Positions 33,011 through 44,763 of a DNA stretch of 64,000 bases are shown here, one piece after another. Positions within the stretch are counted from its first letter, which is position 1. Each line of letters starts with the position of its first letter. This DNA is from Macrostomum lignano. Lineage: Eukaryota. The stretch lies in the NCBI GenBank assembly GCA_002269645.1, contig NIVC01000013.1:620001-684000 (forward strand), read 5' to 3'. The notes beneath the pieces were generated by a model. It was given only the letters and a program-made list of their open reading frames with translations. It was not told the origin of the DNA and did no database searches. Position numbers and translations under genes: made by a program.

Positions 33011-33868
33011 TTACCCTAGACTCCAATCATGGATTATCCATGCATGTTCCATGGTTACATGCATAAACCATGCATGACCATGTTGTTTCCATGCATGGAC
33101 TCTTTTTTGTCCCATCGATATCCCATGCATGGCTTTAAAATTAAAATTTTTCGAGAATGTTACTGAAAATGAACGTAGCACAGAAGGGGATTCATTAAAA
33201 GAAGTTGATCTGTGGTGACCGGAATACCATTTCATCTTCACTTAAAATTAGAGTTGTGTTCTTTTTGTTATTTCTTCTCATGCACATCTGCACAAATCAT
33301 AATGAAAACACTAAAATGAATGGTGCGCTGAAATGGAATTATCTTAGTATCGTACAATGTTAGGCCTATAATATTGTACGGTACTTTAAAGCTTTCAGCT
33401 CTGTGTTTCAAACTATGGCCTATGGCCTGTGTTTCAAACTCTTGACCTATGGCATTTTATTTCTCTTTCCCAAACCAACATAGGTCTCCACATTTGGTAT
33501 ATGCGTTATATTATTAGTGTAACAAAACTATGGCAAATTGCCTTTTTTGCTCAGGTATCTACTTTTCAGTATGGCTATATACACACATATATATATTACA
33601 TAGCTGTAATAAATATGCTGGAATGAAATGCAGAAATATTTTGATTGTTTTTATATGTTCAAACTTCAAATGTCATTGAGATTTTGGACTGACTATTCGT
33701 CATCTTACTTTGTTTTGGATGTGGTAGTCTGGTATCTGGTTTATAATTAGGTATCTATGCATGGCATTTGCCTCTTTGGTCTAGTGACTTTATGACTTTC
33801 AAAAAGTTTTTCCCTTATAAAAAATCATTTACCTAGGCAATTTTATACTTCAGAATGTAATTTAAGTC

Positions 33869-35822
33869 ATGGCTTCTACCCGAAGGACTTCAAAGACGCC
33901 TTCAAGATTTACAACTGACTATTCTGAATCAACCTTCTATTGCTTCATTTTGCATTCAGTAGCACATGATGAACAATATGTTTCTATTTCTTTTGGTTCA
34001 CCATATTGGCCAAGGTCTATGACTTGTGAAGATAAGATTCAATTGATACAAGTAAGAGAATTGTTTGATTTTTGTAAAGAAATTAATCAAAAAAATTAAT
34101 TTATTAATAATAAACCAGATTTCTTTTTTTCCTATTTTTAGGGAAACAAAGTGTTTCTTCACATGTATGGTAAGCTCTTTGCTGCTACCCTAGTAGCAAA
34201 GGGAACAGAGCGCCATATCACTTCTGCCATGAACCAACTTTCAAACTTGGTTAGTGAGGCAGAGAATACAGATAGCCTTATAGAACAGGCAATTAAGCAT
34301 TTTCGGAAGAGTTACTCAACATCAAAGTTGAAGTCTACCTCTAACCATCAGGCTATTGAGCCTAGTTCACATGACCATGACCTTCTGAATGACATGTATG
34401 ACCTAGCTGGAGTAGATGATGAGCAACAAAGCTCATTCCTGGAACCAGTGCCTCAGCATATGGGTAAGAAACTATTTGGGCTTCATCTTTAAAGATAGAT
34501 AAAAATGTTTGCTTCTGATATTTTCATATTTCAATGAGAGCTTGTTTCCATTTTTAGCTAAAGTGGCTCCTGTTTTTGACAAGGAGGTTGGCATTGTAAC
34601 CAATGAAATTGCACAAGCTGCAAGCTTCATGGACTCAAGTTAGTACAAATTCTGTTCATTTTTATAATTGTTCATGTTGACTGATGAAAAATATTTTACT
34701 AATTAATTATTTTCTTGACTTAGATTATAAGGAGAAGTCATTTTTATTTAGAAGATCATTATACTCCTATTATATTTTATTGTTCATGTAATCTAAGGAT
34801 ACATCTATATTTTCCTCTTGTTATATCTAGGCAATGCTCTTGCTAGAAAGATGCAGCCAGTCACAATGCTAAATCTGTGTCAGGTAAAAATGGTTTCCAT
34901 TGTGTTTTGCTGATTGTAAAAGTATTTAAAAATTAGTAAGCCTCATTAAGCTCATCTTATTTTAGACATCAAAGAGTTCATCCGGGCTGAGTTAATTGCA
35001 CTTGAGAAGCGCCTAATGGCCAGGATGAGTCGCCTTCTAAGGAAGGATGTCAGCTTTGGTGGCCAGCTGACAATTAAGGAGTATCAAGATGAGGTAGCTC
35101 TGGTCTTCTGAGTATTAGCAAATTGTACTTTTGGTTAACATACTTATAGTTGTTTATATATACTGATTTTAGGAGTTCAGACGCATTGATGGATCTCTGG
35201 CTACTGTTTCATCAATTTTGTGTAACGACCCCAAGGTCTTCATTAAGCGCTACATCAAGCATCGCTTTGGTGAAGGGTACCTAATAGAGCACATTATCGA
35301 CTCCTCCTCTGGGCGACGCAGTGCCCGGCTACCAGCTCCAGCTGAGCATGTGGCTGAATTTCAGCGTAATGTTATTTGTACTATGCTAATGCAATTCATT
35401 TAAAAAAAACAGAAGTTTATGAGAACTTTATGTGAACTTTAAGAACTTTATGAACTTTATGAACTTTAAGTTTATGTGAACTTTATCTTGCCAACAATTC
35501 TAAATTATAGAAAGATGAATTGTAAATTTGAATTTAGACCAGGAACTGAGATCTAGACTCAATTTTAGTGTAATTAATTAAGAGGTGATTTTTAGGCATG
35601 CACCAATTTTGCAAATGGAGGGCATTTTCGTAATTGTAAGTATTAAGTTCAACCATTTCTATCCCCCAAATACTTCCTCTTCCAGGTCTTCTGCAGCTGT
35701 GCTACCGGACATCTGGCTTCAACTTCAGCGAAATATGGCAGTCTGTCTGCGATCATCTTAACCAGCTAGCCAGGGAAAAAACGCGTTCCAGGAAGCGATC
35801 TGCTGCTGAAGCAGCGGCCTAA
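33869..35822 (+). CDS. Spliced accessory gene with a C-terminal BEN-like domain
   Basis: Phase-consistent GT-AG introns: exons 33869-34051, 34142-34463, 34558-34638, (middle exons uncertain), 35173-35365, 35686-35822. C-terminus PKVFIKRYIKHRFGEGYL...EIWQSVCDHLNQLAREKTRSR. Confidence 0.65.
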
Positions 35823-35999
35823 GATTGTCGTTCTTCTCATGGACATGGATGCATCCTCTATGCTGACTTCTTTTTGCATGTGCTTATTTTTTTCTACTAC
35901 AATGTATTTCCTTTCATAATTTTGTCTGAAGTATTCAAAAATGCCTGGAATTCTCACTTGCTCTATAATCAAAAGTAATTAGTTCTTTTTCAACAAATT

Positions 36000-38297
36000 A
36001 TGGTAAAGTCTGAAAATGAAAGCGAGTTTTCTCTCTCAACTGACTATTCGGCGCACTTATGCGAGTCCATTAGTTCGCCTTCTGATATTTCATCATTGAG
36101 CAATATCAGTGCGAATGCAAATGCACCTAGCATTGAAATCGATCTGAAGCGGACTAGCACTGCTGCTACTGCTTGCTCTGATGATTTAGTGCCAGATGAT
36201 GAGGACATTAAAAATCTGTCTAGTCTATCAACCATTTCTGATCCTGATGTACAAGCCGCTCTAATCTACCAATGGGCCATTACATCGGGGGTTTCTGAGG
36301 CAGCTCTCGATAGGCTATTAAAACTTGCTTCTGTTCTTCTTCGGGGTGCAGGGCCCCACACATTTCCAACCAGCGCTAAAGTGCTTAAGTCGAGACTAAA
36401 CAATGTTTGTTCTATTAATGACAGCTGTGTTTCCGAGATTTCTGTTTGCAGTGAATGCAAAGGCAAATGTGATGTTCATCCTCTAAAGGCAAAAGCTACC
36501 GTGACTCTTCTAGACATTGTTCCTCAGCTCCGGGTCATCTTGACTAGGTACATTGGAACAATTCTCCAGTATGAGCAGGAGTTACGAATGAGTAGAAACA
36601 GTGATGTCCTGAATTCTGAAATTGTGAACAAGCAAAATTTAAAGCTATCTTCAGGCAAAGAACTCCACTTGCATCTTCTCATATCTGCCGATGGTGCCAA
36701 CTTTTTCGAAAGCATTCAGAGCAGTTTTTGGCCATTTCAAGCCCAAATTCTGAATCTCCCAGGGCACATTCGTCAACGCTTTGCCAATCTAATTCTCATA
36801 GCCCTTGTTTCCTCCAGGGCCGTTCCTAACTTTCAATATTTTTTGTCCGATTTAATGAATCACTTGCCGAAGCAGTTTGATTTTTTGGACTATTGTGTGT
36901 ACGTCCATTGCACACTATTTGTGTGTGACCTACCAGCTCTTGCTAAGCTCTTTTGCATTCGTCAGTTCAATGGGGCATTTAGTTGTCCGAAGTGTCTCCA
37001 TCCTGGCGAGAGTATAAAAGTGTCTCAAAAGGGATCAAATTGGGTTTTCCGATTTGACAAGAACCACATTTTTCCTCTGCGAACAGCAGCTACTCACAAT
37101 GAGCATTGTCAACTTGCTAACATTCGCAACAAGCCTGTTTTCGGTGTAAAAGCACGCAGTTGTTTGTTGAACTACATTTCTTTTCCGAACTGCTATGCCA
37201 TCGACAGCTTACATTGCTTTTTTGAAGGTCATGTAAAATACCTTCTAGAAGAATTGACATCCTCGGCGAATACACATCAGCAATATATTTGCTCAACAAG
37301 TTGTCTGGCATTTGTCGCAGCTTGTATACGCAATTCTGTCATCCCATCCAGTGTTTTCGTTAATTCCAATTTTGGAAGTTTTTCGGATTGGAAGGCCAAG
37401 CATTTTAAAAGTTTTGCTTTGTATTTTCTTTTTCCTACCTTAGTGCAGCGAGTAACGCATTTGCCTCTGAAGCTGCTACTTACTAATTTGGTGCTTCTTT
37501 ATCACATGCTATATAACCCACGGTCGAATAAGTCGGACATTGAAAAATTGGCTGAGTCGTTTGTTGGCAATGCTCAGAAAGTCTTCGGTCCGAGAATTTT
37601 GCGTCTAAACTTTCACTTGCTTTTGCACATTGCTGATCAGTATGAATTGCTTGGTCCTGTGTCTTTTTATTCCATGTTTGCTTTTGAAAGCGCAATTGGA
37701 ATGTTTAAGAAATTTTTGTGTGGAACTTCATCGTTTGTCTCCCAGCTAGTATTGAAGTTTTTGTGGCAAAAGGAGCTATTTCATTATTTTAGTCAAGCCC
37801 AGGATCCTGCGGTTCTAGAAGCCTTCAATTCCATATCTTTGGAGCCAATGCGATCAGAGGGCATTCTTCGAAGCTCTGAAGCCTATGTCCATGGATATTT
37901 GTTTTCCAGTGTACTCTCTGCTGGCAAATCTACCAGCTCAAATCATCTTTGCATTTTGAAGTCTGGCGAAATTTGCTCAATCCTTGAATTTAGATTACCG
38001 AAATTTGTGCGCGTTCAAATTCTGGAACCAATCGTCTTGCTTTTTGACTACATTTCTTCTAGCACATCATGGCCTGAGGATTTAGTAGAGTGGCAACAGA
38101 TGCTTAGCGCAATGTTTAAGAGGTGCTCGTCATTTAATTATGTTCTAGTTATTTTGTCGACTGCACAGCGATTGTCCCCGGAAAAGTTTGTCAATCTGGC
38201 GGATATCGACCGTCCTTGCATTGCTGTTCCCGTAGCGTCCTATAGTAAGGATTGCTTTTGTGCTATTCCCCTGTGCAAATCATTTGAGCATGATTAG
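36000..38297 (+). CDS. EnSpm/CMC-type DDE transposase, 765 aa, intact
   Basis: CSEC; ISADG...WP; CDLPA...FNGAFSCPKC; DSLHCFFEG; WKAKHFKSF; NFHLLLH...F.FES; terminal EHD. Confidence 0.92.
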   Translation: MVKSENESEFSLSTDYSAHLCESISSPSDISSLSNISANANAPSIEIDLKRTSTAATACSDDLVPDDEDIKNLSSLSTISDPDVQAALIYQWAITSGVSEAALDRLLKLASVLLRGAGPHTFPTSAKVLKSRLNNVCSINDSCVSEISVCSECKGKCDVHPLKAKATVTLLDIVPQLRVILTRYIGTILQYEQELRMSRNSDVLNSEIVNKQNLKLSSGKELHLHLLISADGANFFESIQSSFWPFQAQILNLPGHIRQRFANLILIALVSSRAVPNFQYFLSDLMNHLPKQFDFLDYCVYVHCTLFVCDLPALAKLFCIRQFNGAFSCPKCLHPGESIKVSQKGSNWVFRFDKNHIFPLRTAATHNEHCQLANIRNKPVFGVKARSCLLNYISFPNCYAIDSLHCFFEGHVKYLLEELTSSANTHQQYICSTSCLAFVAACIRNSVIPSSVFVNSNFGSFSDWKAKHFKSFALYFLFPTLVQRVTHLPLKLLLTNLVLLYHMLYNPRSNKSDIEKLAESFVGNAQKVFGPRILRLNFHLLLHIADQYELLGPVSFYSMFAFESAIGMFKKFLCGTSSFVSQLVLKFLWQKELFHYFSQAQDPAVLEAFNSISLEPMRSEGILRSSEAYVHGYLFSSVLSAGKSTSSNHLCILKSGEICSILEFRLPKFVRVQILEPIVLLFDYISSSTSWPEDLVEWQQMLSAMFKRCSSFNYVLVILSTAQRLSPEKFVNLADIDRPCIAVPVASYSKDCFCAIPLCKSFEHD

Positions 38298-39430
38298 GAA
38301 GCAATTATTTTGTTTACTACGAGTTGACATATGCTTGGCGTGCTTTAATAGCAGCTATCTGCGAATTTCGGCGAAAAATTACCTACATCAATGTCAAAAA
38401 GTTTGTGGCGCATTCCCGGGTCGGCTTTTTATCAAATGCAGAATGTGACATAATATCTGGTTGCCAAGAGTGGCAGTTAGCTGTTAGTGGCAGTGGTAGT
38501 TCTGGAATTCAGAGTGGCAGTTAGCAATAGCGAAAAATTGACTTGTAAATCTTTGAATTTGTTTGATAAAAGTGTCATTTTATTCGTGTGCATTCATATT
38601 TGTTCAACTTTCAATTTATCATGCGCCATTATTTAGAGCTTTATGTTCGATGCCTGCAAAAGCTACAAATGTGCGTTCCATGCCCCCCATTGTGTTTCAT
38701 GCGAGCATGCGTTTTTGCAGTTAATTTTTTGTGTACATTTTCATATTGTTCCTTTTGTGCTCCAATGCTTGCTTCTAATTTCTATTCATTGTCTATTTTT
38801 AATTGCGTCATGTCTTATGTACATGTGCTCTATCCAGTGAAAATTTGTACTCCAATGCATATGCGTTTCGTGTGTCAGCACTTTTTTGTCGTTGATTGCT
38901 CCGTTACATTTTTCACAGTCTTTTATGCTAAAAGACTCCTATGTTTTGCTGTCATTTCTATCAACAGTTTAATTTTTGTGTACATTTTTTCATGTTCTCT
39001 TTTAATAGTTTTTATTTTTATTTTTCTTAAATAAAAAATGTCGATCCTTAATGTCGATTCTTAAAATAAAAACATGTCGTTTTCCCATTTCTATAAAAGC
39101 TAAAAAATTCACCTATATAACACACTTTCGTTGCTATGAAATGATTTCCATTGGATTTGCTTTTGTTTCTTTTAGAGCTTCTTTAAAGAATAATGATAAT
39201 TACGAATGATCAAGTACAACAATTAGGAATATATAAAGCGCTCTAAGCACATGTTGTAATTTCTACTTGCAAAAGTAGTGTCATGAGGAATATTGACCGC
39301 TTTTTAGTTTCATACATGGACATGGATGGCATCTTTCGATGCATGAATTCAACATGGAACCATACATGATCACGGATGGGGCCATACATGAGCAGGGATG
39401 TACGGATGTATGGAAAATACATGACCTGGG

Positions 39431-39813
39431 CAAACCAGCGTGGGGAGCCAGAATGGAAATAAGGCGAAGGAATTTGCTAAGAGCGCTCTTTGACACGTTG
39501 GACAAGATCATCCACAACAATAAAAGTGTAGCTTTAACCTCCATAGAGACACCTTGGGCACAAAGGGCAGTGAGAAAGCTACTATCTTCACTCGCAGGAG
39601 ACCTTGCCAGGGGCTCGTAGGCAGCTTGATCAGCTGCCTGTTGTTTATTCTCGTTATCTCTTCAGAATCAAGTTTGGCAGTAGACGGTTGCCCACCAACA
39701 TTTGCCGGAAACACAGAGGAAGAGCTCGAATCGCTAAAGTCACCGAAGGATGTGTCGAGATCACAACTGCATTGACCAATGACCAATAAAATAAGAATTG
39801 ACGCCCTACCCAT
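39431..39813 (-). pseudogene. EnSpm/CMC transposase 1, N-terminal segment
   Basis: LLLWMILSNVSKSALSKFLRLISILAPH aligns with LIYQWAITSGVSEAALDRLLKLASVL of the 36000 ORF. Confidence 0.7.
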
Positions 39814-40027
39814 TAATCTAGCTGATCATTGAAATGGTTCGTAAATGGTAAATTGGCTGTAAGAAGCAGGATCTGGTAGAAAATTATATGAAAAGGGGAA
39901 AGTGAGTGAGAAAGTTATAGAAGTTTAGACTGTTACTGAAACAAATACTTTGAATATATGTTTCTCATGAATGTTATGTTTCTCAGAAATAGAAACATAT
40001 TGTTCATCATGTGGTACTGAATGCAAA

Positions 40028-40531
40028 TGGAACCATGAGAGATACTGCCGTGAGAGATACCCACTACCTCAGCTATCTCATCGATAGTCACACGGCGATC
40101 CTGATCAATCAGCTGCTGCACAGCCGCCACATTGTCCTCTGTGCTCGATGTCGTTGGCCTGCCAGACCGCTGGGCATCTTCCACGGATTCTCGGCCTTCC
40201 TTAAAGGCTTGAATCCAGCGGTAAAGCGTCGGATCAGATGGCGCAGTATCACCGTAGACCTTGAAGGTCTCGATAATATCGGCTGGCTTCCAGCCAAGTT
40301 TCACTAGAAACTTTGCATTGATGCGAGCTTCGATTTTTGAATTTTCCATGGCTGAAAGGGGTATACTGTGTTTAGAGCTTCACCAAGCAGACATATATCA
40401 TTCTAGAGTGACCAAAATTCTATTAAATAAAGAAGAAAAGACTATTGTTCTAATGAAACCAGTTTCACTTCGATACACCATATATTTTAGGAATTACAAC
40501 AGTATTATCATTACTTTTTTACTGACCCTCG
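40028..40531 (-). mobile_element. Mariner transposon 5' fragment (TIR plus HTH domain)
   Basis: TA|CGAGGGTCAGTAAAAAAGT TIR-like end; ORF ...WIQAFKEGRESVEDAQRSGRP...IDQDRRVTIDEIA. Confidence 0.9.
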
Positions 40532-40703
40532 TACCCCTCCAACTAATAGTAGCTTAGTTTATTAGCAGTCAAAAACACATGGAAATCCTGTATTCCTTGT
40601 TCCTATTACAATCTGTCTATTTATTAGTCTTATAGTGAGATACCCCTCCAACTAATAGTAGCTTAGTTTATTAGCAGTCAAAAACACATGGAAATCCTGT
40701 ATT
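40532..40703 (+). repeat. 63-bp direct repeat (40532-40594 and 40641-40703)
   Basis: Identical TACCCCTCCAACTAATAG...GAAATCCTGTATT. Confidence 0.9.
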
Positions 40704-43104
40704 GAGTCGAATGGCGCTCTGCCTGATTGCAATGCCGAGGAGGATCTGGTTGTGGGCATCAAATTGGCTGCCGCGTCTGTCCGTAATGCAGCTGAAATTC
40801 TCAACGTTAGGTTCCCCAGTGGCAGTGTAAGAACTGCACCTGGCTCGAACATAAAATATATCACGGAAGGTGGAACTGCTCTTGCTTTTCATGATGGAGT
40901 AGCAATTTTCCGTAAGCGAAGCAAGGCGTCAGATTGCCGTCAAGATATCGCAAAACGAATAAAAGCCGCCGAAGCTGGAAAGGCATGGCTTGAAAATCAC
41001 GGATGGACGGTCCTTAGTAAAAGAAACAGTGAGATATTCACAGAAGTGTATGTCAGTGAGGCACTAAAACAGCTTGAATTGGCTATGTCCGTTGCACCGA
41101 AAGAAATGCTGACTGCGATGCGCATAATGCTAGTCAGCTTTCGTCAGCTGCACCTCGAAGTTTGTAGAACGGTAAAAGCATGCTCTACAAATCCGAGTCT
41201 CCGAGTCCGGCAGCGACGCAGATGAAAGCAGGAGCAGTTGCGGCTGAGAGAGTGGAGGCGGCTGCTGCGACTGAGAGAGCGGAGGCGGCTGCTACGACTG
41301 TGAGAGCGACTGCTACGAGCTATTAAACTTTTAATTGAATTTGCTTGTGCGAATTTTACTACCCTTCTCTTGCGACTATAGCTCATAAATCATTTATTTT
41401 TTAACAATATTAGTATAGCGTTTTCAGCAATGTATTTAATTGTCATGTCTCTAATCAGCTACTCCTCTAATATTTAGTTTCTGCTCCTCACATAATTACA
41501 ACCGCAGTCTACTGGGTTGTAGTCTTTCAGTTAGTCTTTCACAAAATCAGACACATGGACACTGGACAGGCACAAACAGCTAGGTCATCGGGCTTACATG
41601 TACCCATAGCATAGCATTAGGTTCAGCAGACCCTGTGGTCGTACGATGACTGTAGTATGACCCCCCTGGCTGCTCTATGTCACATCAGGACTCACACGGG
41701 TTGTAGAATACTGCATGCAGAATCGAAAATAAATTGGCTTTGGTTTGAATTGCCTAGTGCCTTTGCTCTGGTGGCATAGCTATATGCTCAATTCAATCAC
41801 TGCAAGTAGGAGTGTAGCAACTACGTATCGTGCAGCTTGGTGCCGATTCCCTGAAGGTCCGTCGGGGTGATGTCGGCATCTAGAACCGCGGCAAGGTGTA
41901 CAGCAGAGGCGGAGAAAAAGGTGGCAACGATGGTTGAAAATCGCATAGGCCAAGAAGATTTCGTTCATACTGGAGAGACAACTCTTGCCCAAACCCCCCA
42001 TTTCCATACACTAGGAGGCCATGCAGTTTACATACAACAGATAGGAAACTATCAGCGTCACGTTCGATAAAAATGATCATAAGTGCGGTTTGGTTCAATC
42101 AATTTCAAAAAACGATGGTGTTACTGTACAGCTGAATAAATTCGTTTGTAAAGTCAGAAAATTTTTTTTTTATTGTTTTGCTGAAAAAGTCGAGTAGTTG
42201 AATACAAAACAGCTACTCGGAACCGATTGTACGACATGGAAAATTGCGATGTTATAAATGCCTGGATTCCAAAAAGGCAGTAAATCGCTTGGAAGCTTTA
42301 CGTACAAAACACCATCAAAACTGTCGAATTTCATTACGCCTTGATCAGTGGCGCTTGCGACAATCACTTTAATTGAGTGTTGGAAGGAAAATTGGTGTAG
42401 TTCTAACATGCAATGAAAGTAGTGCAACGATTTAAGAGGTGGCAATCAGGCAAATACAAAAAAGAACAGTTTTCGTTGGAAGAAAGTAAAATAAAAATGC
42501 GAATGACTATTGCTTTTGAGAAGCTATATGAGAATGCTTGGTTACTATTGTAAATTTGGGGGATGGTGAGCTGGGCGAGATAGGGCACAGAAGGGGGGTT
42601 GTTGGCGGTCTGAAGTGAGTGGCCAAGGGGTGTATAGACAAATGGGTGGTTGAAGTTGAGCTGAAAGACAGGAGATGCTAAGTGATAAGGTGGGGCAATA
42701 CGAGCTAAGCAATCGATAATTTAATTAATGGGCATGTGCAAGTACACTGGACAGAGAGGACAGAGAGGGAGGTTATTCATGACTGGCATGAATACTGATT
42801 AAGCAACCATTTATCCCCATTTTAAATGTCCAAATTCTCTTTTAGCTTGTCAAAGGCAATAATAAAAGCCGTCATGAAATAGCAGCCGTAAAAATGTACG
42901 CTAAAATTGTATAGCGGACTATAAAATAGTAACGCAAAAGCAACGATGGTCACACCGGAAGTCTAAAGCCTTTTTCGCAGATGGATTAGGCCTAGTCGGC
43001 TTTATTAAAACTATTTTGCCATGTAACAGAACATTAAACAAAAACAATAAAAGTGGGGAACTAATTGGCATTCACTGCACGCAAAGACGTGAAGGACCGT
43101 AAAA

Positions 43105-44593
43105 TTAGCGATTGAAAAGAGCGCAGCAGTTTTTCTTTATGCTTTCAAAAACGGCATAGAGTATTGATACTCTACAGGTGTTGAGATCACTCACGTAAAA
43201 GCAGGTAAATCCATTTGGAAAAACATACGCTACGTAATGGCCTGTTACTACCGAGCTGCCAAGATGAACAACGGCAGCTCGAAGTTGATGAACTCTGCTG
43301 CTTAAGACAAGCTTGAGTTCTACCGGAATGGGAAATGTAGTCTTACGAAAAGAACCATTTTTACGATCGAAAACCACTTGATCAATTCCGATGCACAGGT
43401 ACTCAGACTTCAATGCAGACACCTGATTGTGGCTGCACCAACCGGCCTGACATTTCGGACAGGAAATGTTTGTTTCACCCGACGAGGAAAGAGTAGAGTA
43501 GCGGACTAACTCGGGAAAGCTGCGGTCACTGACATTAGAGATCGACAGCTGCAGGATCGTTGTCGTGTCTTCTTGCTGCCGTCGCGTCACGGTATTGCAT
43601 GAAGAACATACAAGAGCAGTAGTTGACTGTAAAGGTAAGGCGTACGCGGTTCGTGCGTTGTAACAGAAAACGGGATGCTTAAATTAAACTAGCTAGTTTT
43701 TGTAAAAACTAAAGCGCTGGAATCCTCAAGGTGAAAAATTCTGTTACTTGCAATAAGAAGTAAAATAGACTCGCGCACTTATTTTTAGGATTTAAAATTT
43801 AATTTAATTTAATTTAAATTTAAACTTACTTGGTTTTGAAAGTTGTGTTTGATTTCGTCGATGGACAATATTCCTGTTAATATTTTAAGCACGCAGTTTT
43901 CTTCATTGGGGTCCAAATGTAACGCCCTGGTACATCAAAAAACGCGGGCGTGTGCAGTTTCTTCATAGAAGTACGATCGGCAGTGAACAGTGCATTTATG
44001 AAGGAAATCACTGGTGGCGAATCGGCAATTATTGTTAAGCTTTTGCTCAACGTGGCAGCTATGGACTGGCATGCTGCTTTAAACGGGCAATAAGTGCGGC
44101 TCGGATTTGGAAGTCCAATCAGCGGGTGATATGAAACGTGGCCCAAAGCCGAATAGCCAGCTTGCGGCTGCGAATAAATACTACGTGACCGCCTGACCCC
44201 TCTTAAAGCCTTCTCCAAAGGTGAAACAGGTACCTCATGCCGTTGAGTAATAGAAGATGCATCGGTGCTGCAAATGACAGTAGTAGAAATTTGAGGCTCG
44301 GTTGACTCAGTTGGTGTTGTCAATTCTACACTTTCCGTGGAAGACACAGTGGACGCCATCGACAGAGTGGGCGCCATCGACACAGTGGACGCAATCGACA
44401 CAGTGGGCGCCATCGACACAGTGGGCGCCGTCGACACAGTGGACGCAATCGACACAGTGGGCGCCATCGACACAGTGCGCGCCGTCGACACAGTGGGCGC
44501 CATTGACACAGTGGGCGCCGTCGACACAGTGGGCGCCGTCGACACAATGGGCGCAATTAACGAAGCTGCATGTCTGCGCTTCCTGTCTAACAA
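43105..44593 (-). CDS. USP (peptidase C19)-like deubiquitinase, spliced, behind an S/T-rich repeat linker
   Basis: Cys box GLPNPSRTYC...QSI; acceptor CTTTACAG near 43627 then CSSC...LQLSI and CPKC; His box AVVHLGSSVVTGHYVAYV; YVSD. Confidence 0.8.
44343..44557. repeat. 18-bp tandem repeat, about 12 units (GTCGACACAGTGGGCGCC), encoding STAPTV on the minus strand
   Basis: Visible; open in several frames. Confidence 0.95.
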
Positions 44594-44763
44594 TGATTCT
44601 ATACGTAGGCTTGATCGCCACAGGTGCAGTTGACGAGGTCACTGCCGATGCTGCTGAACGCTTCTGTATAAAGCGTGTTAAAGATAAAAGCATACAAACT
44701 GGAAATTACTCGTAGTATTCTGATTTCCGAACAAAAGCAAAGAAATGGATACAACCCACAATT

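Larger units (their letters stand above)
33014..39430 (+). mobile_element. EnSpm/CMC-type element 2 (apparently autonomous, two genes)
   Basis: Ends CCCTAG.../...CCTGGG with CATG-rich subterminal repeats at both ends; contains the BEN-like gene and the transposase. No TSD. Confidence 0.7.

Noticed and set aside
40752-42588. Several medium ORFs that might be a host gene or the accessory gene of element 1
   Set aside because: No recognisable motif and no consistent splice model; left unannotated.
44302-44715. Cys/His-rich (CVDGAH)n, (RRRPLC)n and other repeat ORFs
   Set aside because: Alternative frames of the 18-bp repeat; only the STAPTV frame leads into the USP Cys box.
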